From Paraspadella gotoi (Eukaryota; Animalia; Chaetognatha): a stretch of 64,000 nt of DNA. The stretch is taken from positions 16,672,087-16,736,086 of the forward strand of contig CM119266.1 in assembly GCA_051294375.1 (NCBI GenBank), given 5' to 3'. Under the pieces are notes generated by a model, which saw only the letters and a program-made list of their open reading frames with translations, was not told the DNA's origin and made no database searches. Each line of letters opens with the position of its first letter. The first letter of the stretch is position 1. This document shows positions 26,568 through 41,781 of the stretch, one piece after another. Position numbers and translations under genes: made by a program.

Positions 26568-27477
26568 AAGTTGACGTCCCTCGTTCTACCTCAGATTTTA
26601 TTCGACCCATATCCTCTCTTTTTCTTCTACCTCCCTTCCTCTTTTTACTCAATCTTTTCCCCTCTTTAANNNNNNNNNNNNNNNNNNNNNNNNNNNNNNN
26701 NNNNNNNNNNNNNNNNNNNNNNNNNNNNNNNNNNNNNNNNNNNNNNNNNNNNNNNNNNNNNNNNNNNNNNNNNNNNNNNNNNNATAAAGTCGTTCGGTCG
26801 TTCTGTATTTTAGTTCTTTTTATGATTGAACTAACAAATCTACTGAACTTCCCTCTTCTTGATTTTTTTTCCCCCAGCCGTCCCCCTATATATCACAGGC
26901 CGATGGATTTATAAGCCTTGGCACGAGCCATTCGATTTTATGGGCTTTCGCCCAGGTCTCCCCTCCCCCAGCCGCGCGCTGCGATCTCCCAACCCTTCCA
27001 CACTTTCTTTATATATAAAAAAAAATTCTTTAACGATTTTTGCGGCGACGTCACCTGATCCCTCCACCCGGCTTCTTTTTTTTCCGATGACCTGACCTGT
27101 AGGCATTCATTTTTTTTTTGGTGCTCGCACTCGCCGTCGATCTCTCGCTCAACAGTCAACAAGATTCCGACAAAGTTGAATCAATTATGAATGGCGCTTT
27201 CGCCTTATAAAACATAAGTTTTCTCGCACGCAGCACTCCTTGACACTCAATCTCGCCATCCTTTTTCACTCCTTCGACTTCTCTTCACCTCAACCAACCC
27301 TTCTTTCTTTATGCCTTTTATCGCCGTCAAATGACAAACATCGTTTCGCGGTTTTTTCCCCCCTTTTTTTTAATACTTTTTTTTAGGCTTGACTTCGTCT
27401 TTCTTCACTTTCTTCTCCCGACCTTACGTTTTCCTTTTCCCATCAAATAATTTCTCCTCTCCCATCCTCAAATCCCG

Positions 27478-27597
<120 letters not shown>

Positions 27598-27991
27598 CCC
27601 TGCGCTCACGAAGTGAATTTCCCATTGAATTAACCTCACCCCATACCCCACCCTTTCCTTACCCTGCGGTCGAATTGCGTTTTCATTAAAACCCGAATCG
27701 CGGTTTTCGAGGTTTCGCTTCGAAGAATTTCTGAATTTCGATTAAAAGGTTAATTAATATGAAATAGGTACAACCAAAATAAAAACTATCAATTCATTTA
27801 ATAAATAAGCTATCTTGTCCCTGACTTTGGATATCACTTTTACAAGATAACTACATAGCCGGTCCATACAAGCTTTCAATCAAGACTTTCTCACAGTCTC
27901 GTTTATTCACTCCCAGAGAACCTGGCTTCCTTGTCAATGAAGTGGTATAATATTTCGAAGAATGTGTCAATTGTATGAAAAGACAAAGTTT

Positions 27992-28033
27992 GTACGTAGG
28001 TGTACGTAGGTGTACGTAGGTGTACGTAGGTGT
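27992..28033 (+). repeat. 10-bp tandem repeat (TGTACGTAGG)x4
   Basis: Seen directly. Confidence 0.9.
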
Positions 28034-30970
28034 AACAAGCTTTTTCGACAGTCCGTCTAACGTCTAACGTCTCAACTTCTTCCCGTTCCACCTGTTCAAA
28101 GCTGGAATTCTCTCACCCAAGCTTCTTTCTCACGCTCACGCTCCCAGTAGACCAAAGCAAGAGAGCTCTCGATTTTTCAAATCGCCATCCCAAATCTTTT
28201 CCTGTCAAGGCCCACTGGGTACGCCTTGATTCCTCCGCCCCCTACTCCTCCCCCGCCTCGTACCCTTACACCCCACCCGCCCCCGCTTGTTCCGAATTTC
28301 GCGGCTGGAGTTCCGTGCCGTCGACCCGAGAATGTACGGCCCATTATCGCTTTTAATGGTTCCGCGTAAAATTCTGATTTTTCTCTTGTTTCACTCTCTT
28401 TCTCTCCACCCCCCACCGCTCAGCCCCCTCCTCAGCCCCCTTTTAGCTTCCCCCTCTCTCATCGCCCACTGTAATAACCCCCGGTTAGCCCAACCGCTGT
28501 CCAACCGACATCGAGCCATTCTCACTTTTTTTTTATTTGCCCACGCAAAACACCAATTCGGCAGCATAAATCACTCCCAGGAGGGCTAGAACTTTCTCTC
28601 TCATCTCTTGTTTCTGTGCTTTTCTCTTCTTCTTCTCTACTCTCTCTCTCTCCTCCTCTCTTCTCTCTTCTCCTCTCTGCTCTCTCTCTCTCTCTTATTT
28701 CTCCTTCCAATCAATTTTCTACTATCACATTAAAATTAAATCGACCGTTATCAATTTCTTTCAGTATATTTTATTCCACTTTTCTACATTTGCATATTTG
28801 TCCAGATGATATAATATCACTGGCTTTTCAGCAACTTCTTTCCACCTGTTTTCATTCATATTTTTTCACTCTCCATCTCCCCTTGACATTTCCTCCCACT
28901 CGAGTACCTCCTTTCTCTCTCTCTTTCTCTCGGTCTCTCTTCACTCTCTTTGCTTTCTAATTTTCCTCTCCAAACTGATTCTCCTTTGAACATAAAAAAT
29001 GACAAAAGACCTAAAAAGTAAAACCCAACTCAGCAGAGACGAGATACTGAATACAAATTTTTGAAGAGTCGAAGTCTCGAGTAATTGATGTATCCACATT
29101 GCGTCATGTCTGTTTAGTTAACTAACTAACTTGTTTTGAAATATATGTACATAAAGAGGGGTTTTAAATAAAAACGTCATACAACCGCTCGATTATAAAT
29201 GAACAATTAACAATTAACAATTAACAATTAACAATGAACAATTACATGGAATCTAGTAATCAAATAGACGGCATGAGGATTAAGCTGAAAGATATTGCGG
29301 TATTGGACGCGGATTAACAATGCATAATAAGTAATTCAATACTTTATGGTCAATACAAATTTACCACATTGCAGAAAAAGATTCAGGGTTTTTTCCTCTT
29401 TTTCAAAATGTTATTAAGTCACGCGATTATCCTCTGTCTCTATCTATGCCCCCTTAAGTTTCCCTACTTCTTCTCTTCCATCTTTCACTCTTAGTCAAAT
29501 CTACCATCGTCTCCTTTCACCGATTTTCCGGCCTCAACCGATTTTATTATTTTTTTCCCCCTTTTCAACTCTTCTTTCCTTAAACCTCAAAGATAAAACC
29601 TTTAACTACTCTATATTGTTTTTTTCTTCCTTTCCTTTTTTTTTTCAGTCATCTCTTTTTCCATCTTCTCTATTCTTTTCTCCGCGGGTCTTTCATTTCA
29701 TCCTTTTCTTTTCATCTCCGCAGTTCCCTCCCTCTTTTTCCTCTTCCAACTTTTCTGTCACGTTTTCAATCGCGTTCTTCCGCTTCCTCTTTCCGTTCTT
29801 CCGTTCTTCCGTTCTTCCATTCTCTTCCCCTTCCCCCCATTCCACCCGTATCTCTCTTCACTTTATTTTTTTTTCATCCTCTCCTTTTTTTTATTTCCAT
29901 TTCATTTTTCTCCGCGATTTTTTCCCCTTTTTTTATTTTCTTTTCTCCCATTTCTAGTTTTTACAAGAAATTTCAATTTTGTGCTTTCCGCCATTTTTTT
30001 AAAAAAAGAAGTTTTTCGCTTTCCTCGGTTGTAATCTTTTCTTTTGATCCTTTTCTTCTCCTTAATCCGCGCTGACTCTATTTTGTTCCTCTATTTCACG
30101 TCCGTCAGATCTTTTCTTCTCTCTAATTTCCCTCTTGATCTTCATTCCAGGTTTCCATTTCATTTACCTCTTTCAAACTCGCGATCCCCTTCCCCATTTT
30201 TTATCTCTTTTAATCTCAAGTCTACTCTATCCTTCGATTGTTCCTTACTTCCTTACCAAGTTACCCACCTCATTTATTTCGCCGAATCCGTTTTTTTTTC
30301 TACCTTCCCTTTCCACCTTTATCGTCATACTATTTATATCCCAACCGCTCACACAACGTATTATATTCTTCACCTAATATGTTGTGAAAATCAAAAAAAG
30401 GTTGAATAAAGGGCCTGAAATTGCGGCTGCGCCGAATACGGTAATCTCCACGGTGTAGTAGAAGTAGCGGATGCCGCAACACAACCAACCGCTGATCAAA
30501 AAAACAGAAGAAAAAACACACAAAACAAAAAAAGATTTAAAAGGACGCCCTCGCAATCGACTTTCCCCAGTATCGTCACCAGAGGCGGCAATGTCTCGAG
30601 AGAAGCGTCCTCGGCTTCCGATTTTCCGGTGTCGGCGCTAGAAAACGACCGAGACGGCAGCGGCTGCTGCTGCGCCTCCTGCGGGGTCGGCGGCGACGGC
30701 GTCGAACCGCATCCATCAGAATCTTTTTATGGCGTGAGTCAACATCCGGTCGACCCCCGCGGGCCTCGTTCGACTAGAGGGAGACGAGATAACGGTTTTT
30801 CTTTGCGCCTTCCGACGATATTTTTTTTTTTCAATTCGTTTCATCCGAGATCCGCGCGGTCAGGCCAGGACAGTGGACACTGGACAGTGACGTTCCTTCC
30901 AATCCGCATGGACTGACCCCCCGGACAAAGAAAAGTCCTTGTGTGGAAGACGATGCCGCGAGAAGTTTAC

Positions 30971-31148
30971 CGTCCGTTGCACACAAGGTCCCAAACTTCG
31001 GATCGGGCTGTAGTCCGACACTACAGGTGGGTTAGACGCCCCGTCCCGCTTTTACTTGTGTGAATCAGCAGGGCGCGAACCCGAGTCCTTTGGGTTGGGA
31101 GGAGCTCGTGCTACCTCCGGCGCCATAGGTGCTGCTGATTCTCGGACG
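30971..31148 (-). mobile_element. tRNA-derived SINE-like element (copy B)
   Basis: Minus strand: A-box TGGCGCCGGAGG, CCTCCCAACCCAAAGG, B-box GGTTCGCGCCC, body GGGACGGGGCGTCTAACCC...TACAGCCCGATCCGAAG. It has no acceptor-stem pairing, so it is not an intact tRNA. Confidence 0.65.
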
Positions 31149-32737
31149 AGTAGTGGGGTATGAAATACTACCACTACACTTGCGTGAATTAAACAACTGC
31201 AGTTTTTAAAATCAAAACTAAAATCGTATACTGGAAAGTAATGAAATAATTCCTGGCTCTTGCCATTTACTTTCCTCAAAATTTATATCTTTTCTTGTTA
31301 TACTTACTGACTAGTCTTCAATGCATTGCGAAAAGCCGGGCTCGGCAAAGACCGAAGTTGGTCTGACTGAACGATTCTCCACCCACAACACCACTTGCGA
31401 GTATACCAACAACAACAACAACAACAACAACAACGACGACCCGACAAAGAGGAAGAAAAGATTACTCCCTTAAAATGATGAAACAGGAAAAGGAAACTGA
31501 GGAAAGTTTACGAGATTGGGAAAGGAAAAACAGAAGGAACGAAACGAGGAAAACGGTGAAAGCCGAGAAAAAAAAACATTGAGAATTTCGGGACGGTACA
31601 GAGCGGAAGGCACTCGTATAAAACCCCGTTAAACTATGTCAATTAAATCATTTTTTGCATTATTTATCTTTATGAGAAAAATATAAATTCAGAAAGTAAA
31701 ATTAAAAATACAAAACGTGAAAAATCATTTCCTACATTCTACATTCTACAATCCTCCAAAAAAATTCTCGTTCCAAACGCGGAGAGAGGCTTTAGTTTAA
31801 GTAAATGAAAGCCGTTGTACTTTCATGCCGTATCTACAAGAAAGTTCACTTATTTCGATTTCCCTGACAGATGCTGCGATACTTCAAGAGAAGAACACCG
31901 AACAAGGTAGTGCTTTAATTTCCTTTGGAACTTGTTCCTCATTTTTTTTTCAACTTCCTTTGTCTCGAATTCGAATCCCGGGGAATCAATTGATTTCGCG
32001 TTAACCGAAAAAAATCGATTTCTTTCCCTTTTCAACTTTTCTTTTTTTACGACAGCCCTTTGTCTTTTTTTTTCCAGAACGAAAGTTTTCGATGCTTTGA
32101 GGGTAAAGTTTTCTCTTTCGTTTCGTCGCATCGGATTTCGTTCAAAGAAAAAAAAAGAGAGAAACAAATTAAGAAAAAACGGAAAGATTAAAAATTTTGT
32201 GGGGACTGGGGATCGAAAGTTAGTTTTTTTTTTACTTTCTACGTTTGTTTGTTTATAGCATTCTTTTTTTTTAAATTATAACCGTACTTACGACAGGTAT
32301 ACATTTTCTTTTAAGCGTTTGAAAAACCTCGGTTGGCAACGATTTTCTTATCTTTTGACTCCATCCGCTTCGAGTTGCTTTCAGAATTTGGCCGAAGGTC
32401 GTCGTCTTTTGTCTCCGCTCGCGTCGCTATGACAACCGATATTCGGGAAAGAAATAAAAAGAGAAAGAAAGAAAGAAGGAATAGAAAAAAAGACAGAAAG
32501 AAATAAAGATAGGAAAAAAAAGAAAAAGAAAAACATTGAAAAATAAATACGTAATATATAAAAAAAAAAATCTGAAGAGAAACATTCGGCTTTTCAGTTG
32601 TTTTTTTTTTAATGTATTAATCAAATCGGATTCCGATAATTTATTTGCTTTTTTTCTTTGGATTCCTTTTTGGATAGTTTTTTATTTGCTACAGAGAGAA
32701 AAGCGGATAGAGAAAGCGGTAAGACGAGGAGGAAGGG

Positions 32738-32800
<63 letters not shown>

Positions 32801-34565
32801 TGAAGAGAGGGAGGATCGAAGAGAGAGAAGAGAGGGGAGAAGTGAGTACCGAGAGAGAGAGACTGGGATAGAGGATAGATCCGTGTCAAAAACCAAGTCA
32901 GAAATAATTTGCAAGACTTGATCTTGGACTCGAGAAAAACAAACAAGCAAATAACAAAGGAAAATTAGACAACATCTAAAAAGGATCGAAGGGGAAAGGA
33001 AGGGGAACGAAGGAATGGCGGGAAAGAGTTTTGAGAAAGTTAAGAGATATGAGAAAGTCTGGTATAAGTATTACAGTTATTACATGNNNNNNNNNNTTTG
33101 ACCCGCCTTAGTACATACAGATCATTTATTCGCCATTATCAAGTTTACTTTACAGAGTTTTCATATTTTTTAATAAGATACTATATTAAAGTTTTAACTT
33201 TACATTTTTAAGCTAACTCCGTGGGGCTTTTGGGCCAGAAGTCAGAAAATGCCTCCCTACCGAGGCGAGCTTTTGTCACGATCCAGGTGTCGACTGGTGT
33301 CGTTCCCGTCCGTCGCCTCGTTAGTTTCAGGTGCATTTGAACCACAACAGATGCGACGTCGCCCAAACTTGATTGAGGAAAATCCACTTTACTCACGGGA
33401 AAAAAAACTGACTTTCTCACTCTCTGTCTCTCTCTTTCCTTCGCCAAAAAAAGAAAGAAAAAAAAACAGAAGTTTTTCAAACGATTAACTATGACAAAAC
33501 ACAAGTTAAGAGAAAGTAGCGCAGATTGACAGAAAAACTATGGAAATCACGTTAAAAAAAGTAAGGCTTTGAAAAGTAAGAAGGTAAGAAAAAAAAATGA
33601 AATCTTTTCTCGGAAAGAAATAAATTGTGAAAGGGGTGTATGTAGCTCGAGAAAGGAGGTTACACCAAAGGAAGAATGGATGGAGGTAGAAGGCGGGAGG
33701 AATTCAGAAAAGAAAGAAAACGAGATCTTTTTTTAATTCCCTTTTTTTTCTTTGCTGAGGTAAGGGAGGGAGGTAAGGGAGGGAAAAGAAGTGATTAATG
33801 TAGATCGAGGGTTGGGAAAACGGGAAAACTATGCTGAGTAGAATTGGGAAAGTTAGAAAGTGAAAGAGACGAAGGAAAAAGAGGCGAGGCATATGTGAAG
33901 GGAATGGACTAAAGACACGAGAAGGGACTCGGCCAAGCGTGGACGATCAAGGATAACGTCTTCAGCGGCGTTGGCCTCTCATCGTCTCGTTGAAGCGGCA
34001 TGAGATGGGGGCGGACATCGGAGTCGTGAATAGAGAGTGAGGAAAACAAGGGGAGAAAAGAGGAAACCGAGAAGAGAGAGAGAGAGAGAGAGGGATATAG
34101 AAAGAGAGGGAGGGCCTGCATATGAAAGAAAAAGAATTATACAAGCGTCGATATAAAACAGGAAGAAAGCATGAGAAGAAGAAGAAAGGAGAGAAAGAGA
34201 AGGAGAGCCCAAGGACCCTTCTCCGGGATTCGCCCTCGCTTTCGATCCCGGGAAAATTAATCGAGTTCGAAATCGCTTTTGGAATTAAATCGTAACCATT
34301 ATTAAATATTAACGTAGGACAATATCGCCGGGAATTTCGTTGCCTGGTAACGCGAGAGCGGATGAAGGATCGTTACTTCCGGCTCGTGGATATGACGGCC
34401 CGTGCCGGAAGGGGGAGGGGGCGGGGGGAAGAAGTGGGGTGGGGGGTAGGAGAAGAGGTAGTAGGAGAAGAAAAGAGTGATGGAGAAGTTGGCAATAAAG
34501 GTAAGAATGAGGAGAAAGAGAAGTCGGCGTCATCAGCATTATCATCATCATTATTAATATTACCG

Positions 34566-34587
34566 TAATAATAATAATAATTATAAA

Positions 34588-34675
<88 letters not shown>

Positions 34676-34690
34676 ATTATTATTATTAAT
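34566..34690 (+). repeat. (AAT)n/(ATT)n microsatellite (duplicate at ~40851-40970)
   Basis: Seen directly. Confidence 0.95.
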
Positions 34691-35387
34691 TTTTTCGATT
34701 AGTAAAAATGATAATCTTTATCAAAAAGAATCATATTTGTGGCTCAGAAAGACCCCTGTACCTACTACATACTTGTTTTTAGTTTTCTTTTCTTTTTTCC
34801 CCCCAAATAAATTTTGCGTAGAGGAACAGCCATTGCCTTTCTGGTTCAAGCAATAAATAGCGATTGAGTGGTAAAACCGAAAGGTAAGAAAAAAGGAAAA
34901 AAGATAAGTGGATCTAAAACGAGAAAGAAACACCGTTTAATGATTACGCCAACGTGGACAAGAGGAAAAGATCTCATCTTTAAAAAGCATGTCAGAACTA
35001 TCATTCAATCATTCGACCACTTAAAATACTTTTCTTCCTGTCTATTTCTAATCAAGTATTTAGTAGTCTCGGTAAAAAGTGAATGAATAGTTTAGATAAA
35101 AAAAAAACAAAAAAAAAAACAGGAACAAAAAAAAAGTACGGATGGAATTAAAGCCAGAACGAAAACCTCCGCGATGGAATCAAGACGAAAACACCGCCTC
35201 GCCAGACGCGCGAAGAAACCGAACCACAATGCCATTGCCCTTTCTGCGAATGGCGTCGGTGTCCTTTTCAATGTCAATGTCCTGACAGCATCGGGTGTCA
35301 ATTATCTCTCCCGCCCTGCGTCATGTACTCTCGCTCATCTTTTATCTTTTCAGATTTTCACGATCCTTTCATGTTTTTTTTCTCTCT

Positions 35388-35449
<62 letters not shown>

Positions 35450-37147
35450 CTCTCTCTTTCACATCACCCGATGAACTTTCCGTTCGACGAGAATCTCAAT
35501 CAAACTTTCATCTCTCTTCTAATTCTAATTATTTTTCTTTCTTTTATTTTTCTTTCTTTTTCTTTTTTCTAATTCGATCTCGATGTTTCTTCCACTTTTT
35601 TTCGCTTAATTCATCTTCTCGTCTTTCCACTTTTCTTCATCCGATTCGGTTTATTTATTTTCTTCGTCTCTCCCTCTTTTATTTCTTTTTTCTCCTCGCT
35701 CCGGTCCGCTCCGGATTTGCTCTTCGATTTGTTTACTCTTTGCTCTTCCGCCGTCATCCGCATTGGAAAAACTGGCCCAATCTCTCAGGCAACCTCTTTC
35801 GTTCGTCCCTCTTCTCTCTCATCTGACCAGTGAAGACTCTCTGTATCTCGTCCTTTTTCNNNNNNNNNNNNNNNNNNNNNNNNNNNNNNNNNNNNNNNNN
35901 NNNNNNNNNNNNNNNNNNNNNNNNNNNNNNNNNNNNNNNNNNNNNNNNNNNNNNNNNNNNNNNNNNNNNNNNNNNNNNNNNNNNNNNNNNNNNNNNNNNN
36001 NNNNNNNNNNNNNNNNNNNNNNNNNNNNNNNNNNNNNNNNNNNNNNNNNNNNNNNNNNNNNNNNNNNNNNNNNNNNNNNNNNNNNNNNNNNNNNNNNNNN
36101 NNNNNNNNNNNNNNNNNNNGCCGCCTTTGTCAGTGATTGCTGTCACGACCTTCCTCTCCTCCCAGTTGGCTTCTCATAAATTTCACGTCGTATTGTTTAC
36201 GTTAATGAGGAGTGCTGAGCGAAGATTGCTATTATGGTGGTTCGCTCTATTCGTCACGTCGTTCAGATATTATGGTCTGTCTCTCTCTAATTTCCCTCTT
36301 GATCTTCATTCCAGGTTTCCCAATTCAATTTACCATCTTTCAAACTCGGCGATCCCCTTTCCCATTTTTTATCTCTTTTAATCCAAGTCTACTCTATCCT
36401 CGATTGTTCCTTACTTCCTTTACCAAGTTACCCACCTCATTTATTTCGCCGAATCCGTTTTTTTTCCTACCTTCCCTTTTCCACCTTTATCGTCATACTA
36501 TTTATATCCCAACCGCTCACCACAACGTATTATATTCTTCACACTAATATGTTGTGAAAATCAAAAAAAGGTTGATATAAGGGCTGAAATTGCGGCTAGA
36601 CGCCGATACGGTAATCTCCACGGTGTAGTAGAAGTAGGCGGATGCCGCAACGACAACCAACCCGCTGATCAAATAAAACAGAAAGAAAAAACACAAAACA
36701 AAAAAGATTAAAAGTGACGCCGCTCGCAATCGACTTTCCCCAGTATCGTCCCAGAGGCAAGGGATGTCACGAGAGAGCGTCCTCTGGCTTCCGATTTTCC
36801 GTGTCGGCGCTAGAAAACGACCGAGACGGCAGCGGCTGCTGCCTGCGCTCCTGCGGGTCGGCGGCGACGGCGTCGAACCGCGATCCATCAGAGATCTTTT
36901 ATGGCGTGAGTCAAAGCATCGGTCGACCCCGCGGGCCTCGTTCGACTGAGAGGAAGACGAGATAACACGGTTTTTCTTTGCGCACTTCGACGAATTTTTT
37001 TTTTTTCATTCGTTTCATCCGACGATCCGCGCGTCAGGCCAGGACAGTGGATCTCATGGGACAGTGAACGTTCCTTCCAATCCGCATGGACTGACCCCCG
37101 GACAAAGAAAAGTCCTTGTGGTGGAAGACGATGCCGCCGGAGAAGTT

Positions 37148-37340
37148 TACCGTGCTTTGCACACTAGTCCCAAACTTCGGATCGGGCTGTAGTCCGACAC
37201 TACAGGTGCGGTTAGACGCTCCCGTCCCGCTTTTTACTTGTGTGAATCAGCAGGGCGCGAACCCCGAAGTCCTTTGGGTATGGGAGGAGCTGCGTGCTAC
37301 CTCCGGAGCCGCCATAGGTGCTGCTGAATTCTCAGGACGA
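37148..37340 (-). mobile_element. SINE copy B' (duplicate of 30971-31148 within the second 6.2-kb unit)
   Basis: Same sequence as copy B with scattered indels. Confidence 0.55.
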
Positions 37341-40265
37341 GTGAAGTGGGGTATGAAATAGTCTACCCCACTGACACTTTGCGGTGAATTAAACAACTGC
37401 AGTTTTTAAATCAAAACCTAAAATCGTATACTGGGAAAGTATGAAATAATTCCTGGCTCTTGCCTATTGACTTTCCTCAAAATATATATATCTTTTCTTG
37501 TTATAACTACTGAACTAGTTCTTCAATGCATTGCGTAAAACCGGGCTCGGCAAAGAACCGAAAGTGGTCTGACTGAACGATCTCTCACCCACAACACCAC
37601 TTGCGAGTATACCAACAACAACAACAACAACAACAAACAACGACGACCGACAAAGAGGAAGAAAAGATTACTCCCATTAAATGATGAAACCAGGAAAAGG
37701 AAACTGAGAAAGTTTACGAGATTGGAAACGGAAAAACCAGAAGGACGAAACGGGAGGAAACGGTGAAAGCCGAGAAAAAAACATTTGAGAATTTTCGGGA
37801 CGGTACAGAGCGAAGGACACTCGTATAAACCCGTTAAACTATGTCAATTAAATCATTTTTTGCATTATTGTATCTTTATGAGAAAAATATAAATTCAGAA
37901 AGTAAAATTAAATACAAAACGTGAAAAATCATTTCCTACATTCTAACATTCTACAATCCTCCAAAAAATATCTCGTTTCGCAAACGCCGGAGAGAGGCTT
38001 TAGTTTAAGTAAATGAAAGCCGTTAGTACTTTCATGCCGTATCTACAAGAAAGTTAACTTATTTCGATTTCCCTGACAGATGCTGCGAAACTTCAAGAAG
38101 AAGAACACCCGAAACAAGGTAGTGCTTTAATTTCCTTTGAACTGTTCCTCATTTTTTTTTTCAACTCCTTTGTCCGGAATTCGAATCCCGGGAATCAATT
38201 GATTTCGCGTTTAACCGAAAAAAAATCGATTCTTTCCCTTTTCAACTTTTTCTTTTTTTACGACAGCCCTTTGTCTTTTTTTTTTTCCAGAACGACAGTT
38301 TTTCGATGCTTTGAGGTAAAGTTTTCTCTTCGTTTTCGTCCGCATCGGATTTCGTTCAAAGAAAAAAAAATAGAGAGAAACAAATTAGAAAAAAACGGAA
38401 AGATTAAAATTTTGTGGGGACTGGGATCAAAAGTTAGTTTTTTTTTTTAACTTTCTAACGTTGTATTTGTTTTATAGCATTCTTTTTTTTTAAATTATAA
38501 CCGTACTGTTACGACAGGTATACATTTTCTTTTAAGCGGTTGAAAACCTCGGTTGCAACGATTTTCTTATGCTTTTGAACTCCATCCGCTTCGAGTTGCC
38601 TTTCAGATTGGCCGAAGGCGTCCGTCTTTTGTCTCCGCTCGCGTCGCTATGACAACCGATATTCGGGGAAAGAAATAAAAGAGAGAAGAAAAAAAAGGAA
38701 TGAAAAAAAAGACAGAAGAATAAAAGATAGAAAAAAAGAAAAAGAAAAACATTGAAAAAATAAATACGTATATATATAAAAAAAATCTGAAGAAACATCG
38801 CTTTTCAGTTTGTTTTTTTTTAATGTATTAATCAAATCGGATCCGATAATTTATTTGCTTTTTTTCTTTGGATTCCTTTTTGGATAGTTTTTGATTTGCT
38901 CAGAGAGAAAGCGGATAGAGAAGCGGTAAGACGAGGGAAGGGGAAGGGAGAGAGAGGAGAGAGAGAGAGAGAGGAGAGAGGAGAGAGAGAAGAGAGGAGA
39001 CGAGAGAGAGAAGAGGGGAGAAGTGAGACGAGAGAGAGAACTGGGTAGAAAGAATCGTGTCAAAAACCAAGTCAAAATAATTTGCAAAAAGACTTGAACT
39101 TGACTGAGAAAAAACAAACAAGCAATAACGAAAGGAGATTAGACAACATCTAAAAAGGATAGAACGGGGAAAGGAAAGGGGAACGAAGGGATGGCGGGAA
39201 AGATTTTGAGAAGTTAAGAGAATGAGAAAGTCTGGTATATAAGTGTTGATAGTTATTACATGGTACATTGCGTACAACAGATCATTTATTCGCCAATTAT
39301 CAAAGTTACTTTACAGAGTTTCATATTTTTATATAAAGAATACTATATCACAGTTTTAACTTTACATTTGTAAGCTAAGCTCCGTGGGGGTTTTTTGGGC
39401 CAAGAAGTAGAAAATGCACTCCGCTACCGCGTAGAGGCGAGCTTTTGTCAAGATCCAGTGTGTCGACTGGTGTCGTTCCCGCCGTCGCGCCTCGTTAGTT
39501 TCAGGTGCATTGAACCACAACAGATGCGACCGGGATCGCCGAAACTTGATTGAGGAAATCCACTTTACTCACGGGAAAAAAAAAACTGACTATCTCACTC
39601 TCGAGTGCTCTCTCTTCTTGCCTTCGCCAAAAAAAGAAAGAAAAAACAAACAGAAGAAGTTTTTCCAACGATTAACTATGACAAAACACAAGTTGAGAGA
39701 AAGTAGCGCAGATTGACAGAAAAACTATGGAAATCACGTTTAAAAAAGTAAGGCTTTGAAAAGTAAGAGGTAAGAAAAAAGAAAATGAAATCTTTTTCTC
39801 GGAAAGAAATAAATTGTGAACAGGGGTGTATGTAGCTCGAGAAAGGAGGTACCAAAGGAAGCAATGGATGGAGGTAGAAGGCGGGAGAATTCAAAAAGAG
39901 AAGAAAACGAGATCTTTTTTAATTTCCCTTTTTTTTTCTTTTGCTGAGGTAAGGGGACGGAGGTAAGCGGAGGAGAAAGAAGTGATAATGTAGATGATGG
40001 GTTGGTTGAAAACGGGAAAAACGATGCTGAGTAGAAATTGGGAAAGTTAGAAAAGTAAAGAGACGAAGGAAAAGAGGCGAGGCATATGTGACGGGAATGG
40101 ACTAAAGACACGAGAAGGGGACTCGGCAAGCGTGACGATCAAGGATAACGTCTTCAGCGAGCGTTGGCCTCTCATCGTTTCGTTGAAGCGGCATGAGATG
40201 GGGGCGGGACATCGGATCGATGAATTAGAAGAGATGATGGAAAACAAGGGGAAGAGAAACCGGAG

Positions 40266-40322
<57 letters not shown>

Positions 40323-41722
40323 AGAAAAGAGAAAGAGAGAGAGAAGTAGGAAGGAGATGATAAGGATATAGAGAAGGGGAGAGTAGAGGAGGGCCTGCAT
40401 ATGAAAGAAAAAGAATTATACAAGCGTCGATATAAAACAGGAAGAAAGCAGAGAAGTAAGAAGAAAGGAGAGAAAGAGAAGGAGAGCCCAAGGGACCCTT
40501 CTCCAGGGATCGCCCTCAGGCTTTCGATCCGGGAAAAATTAATCGAGTTCGAAATCGCTTTGGAATTAAATCGTAAACCATTATAATATTACGTAGGACA
40601 ATATCGCCGGGATTTCGTTGCCTGGTAACCGCGAGGTAGCGGATTGAAGGATCGTTACTTCCGGCTTCGGATATGCGAGGCCCGTGCCGGAAGGGGGAGA
40701 GGGGCGGGGGAAGAGTGGGGTGGGGGGTAGGAGAAGAGGTATAGTAGGAGAAGAAAAGTGATGGAAGAAGTGGCAATAAAAGGTAAGAATGAGGAAGAAA
40801 GAGGAAGTCGGCGTCATCAGCATATCATCATCATTATTAAGGTATTACCGTAATAATAATAATAATTATAAATATTATTATTATTATTACATTATTATTA
40901 TTATTATTATTATTATTTTATTAATTATTATTATTATTATTATTATTAATATATAATTATTATTATTAATTTTTTTCGATTAGTAAAAATGATATCTTGT
41001 ATCAAGAAAGATCATTTTGTGGCTCAGAAAGACCCCTGTACCTACTAACATACTTAGTTTTTAGTTTTCTTTTCTTTTTTCCACCCCCCAATAAAATTTT
41101 GCGTAGAGGAACAGCGCTATGCCTTTCTGGGTCAGCAATAAATAGCGATTGAGATGTAAAACCGAAAGGTAAGAAAAAAGGAAGAAAGATAGTGGATCTA
41201 AAAGCGAAGAAAGAACACCGTTTAAATGATTACGCCAACGTGGACAAGAGGAAAAGATTTCTCAATCCTTTAAAAGCATGTCAGAACTACTCATCATCAT
41301 TCGAACCACGCTTAAAATAGCTTTTTCCTTCCTGTCTATTCTAATCAAGTATTTAGTAGTCTCGGTAAAGTGAATGAATAGTTTAGATGAAAAAAAAAAA
41401 AAAAAAAAACAAGGAACAAAAAAAAAGTACGGATGGAATTAGCCAGAAGCGAAAACCCCGCGATTGGAATTCAAGACGAAAACACGCCTCGCCAACGCCG
41501 CGAAGAAAAAGCCGAACCACAATGCCATTGCCCTTTCTGCGAATGGCGTCGTGTCCCTTTTTCAATGTCAAATGTCCTGACAGCATCCGGTGTCAATTAT
41601 CTCTCCAGCCCATGCGTAATGTACTCTCGCTCATCTTTTATCTTTTCAGATTTTCACGATCCTTTCATGTTTTTTTTTCTCTCTCTCTCTCTCTCGCTCT
41701 CTCTCTCCTCTATCTCGTCTCT

Positions 41723-41781
<59 letters not shown>

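Noticed and set aside
31060-31135. Intact tRNA-Gly gene
   Set aside because: It has A/B boxes and a CCTCCCAA loop, but no acceptor stem or proper anticodon-stem pairing, and it is followed by a shared repeat body.
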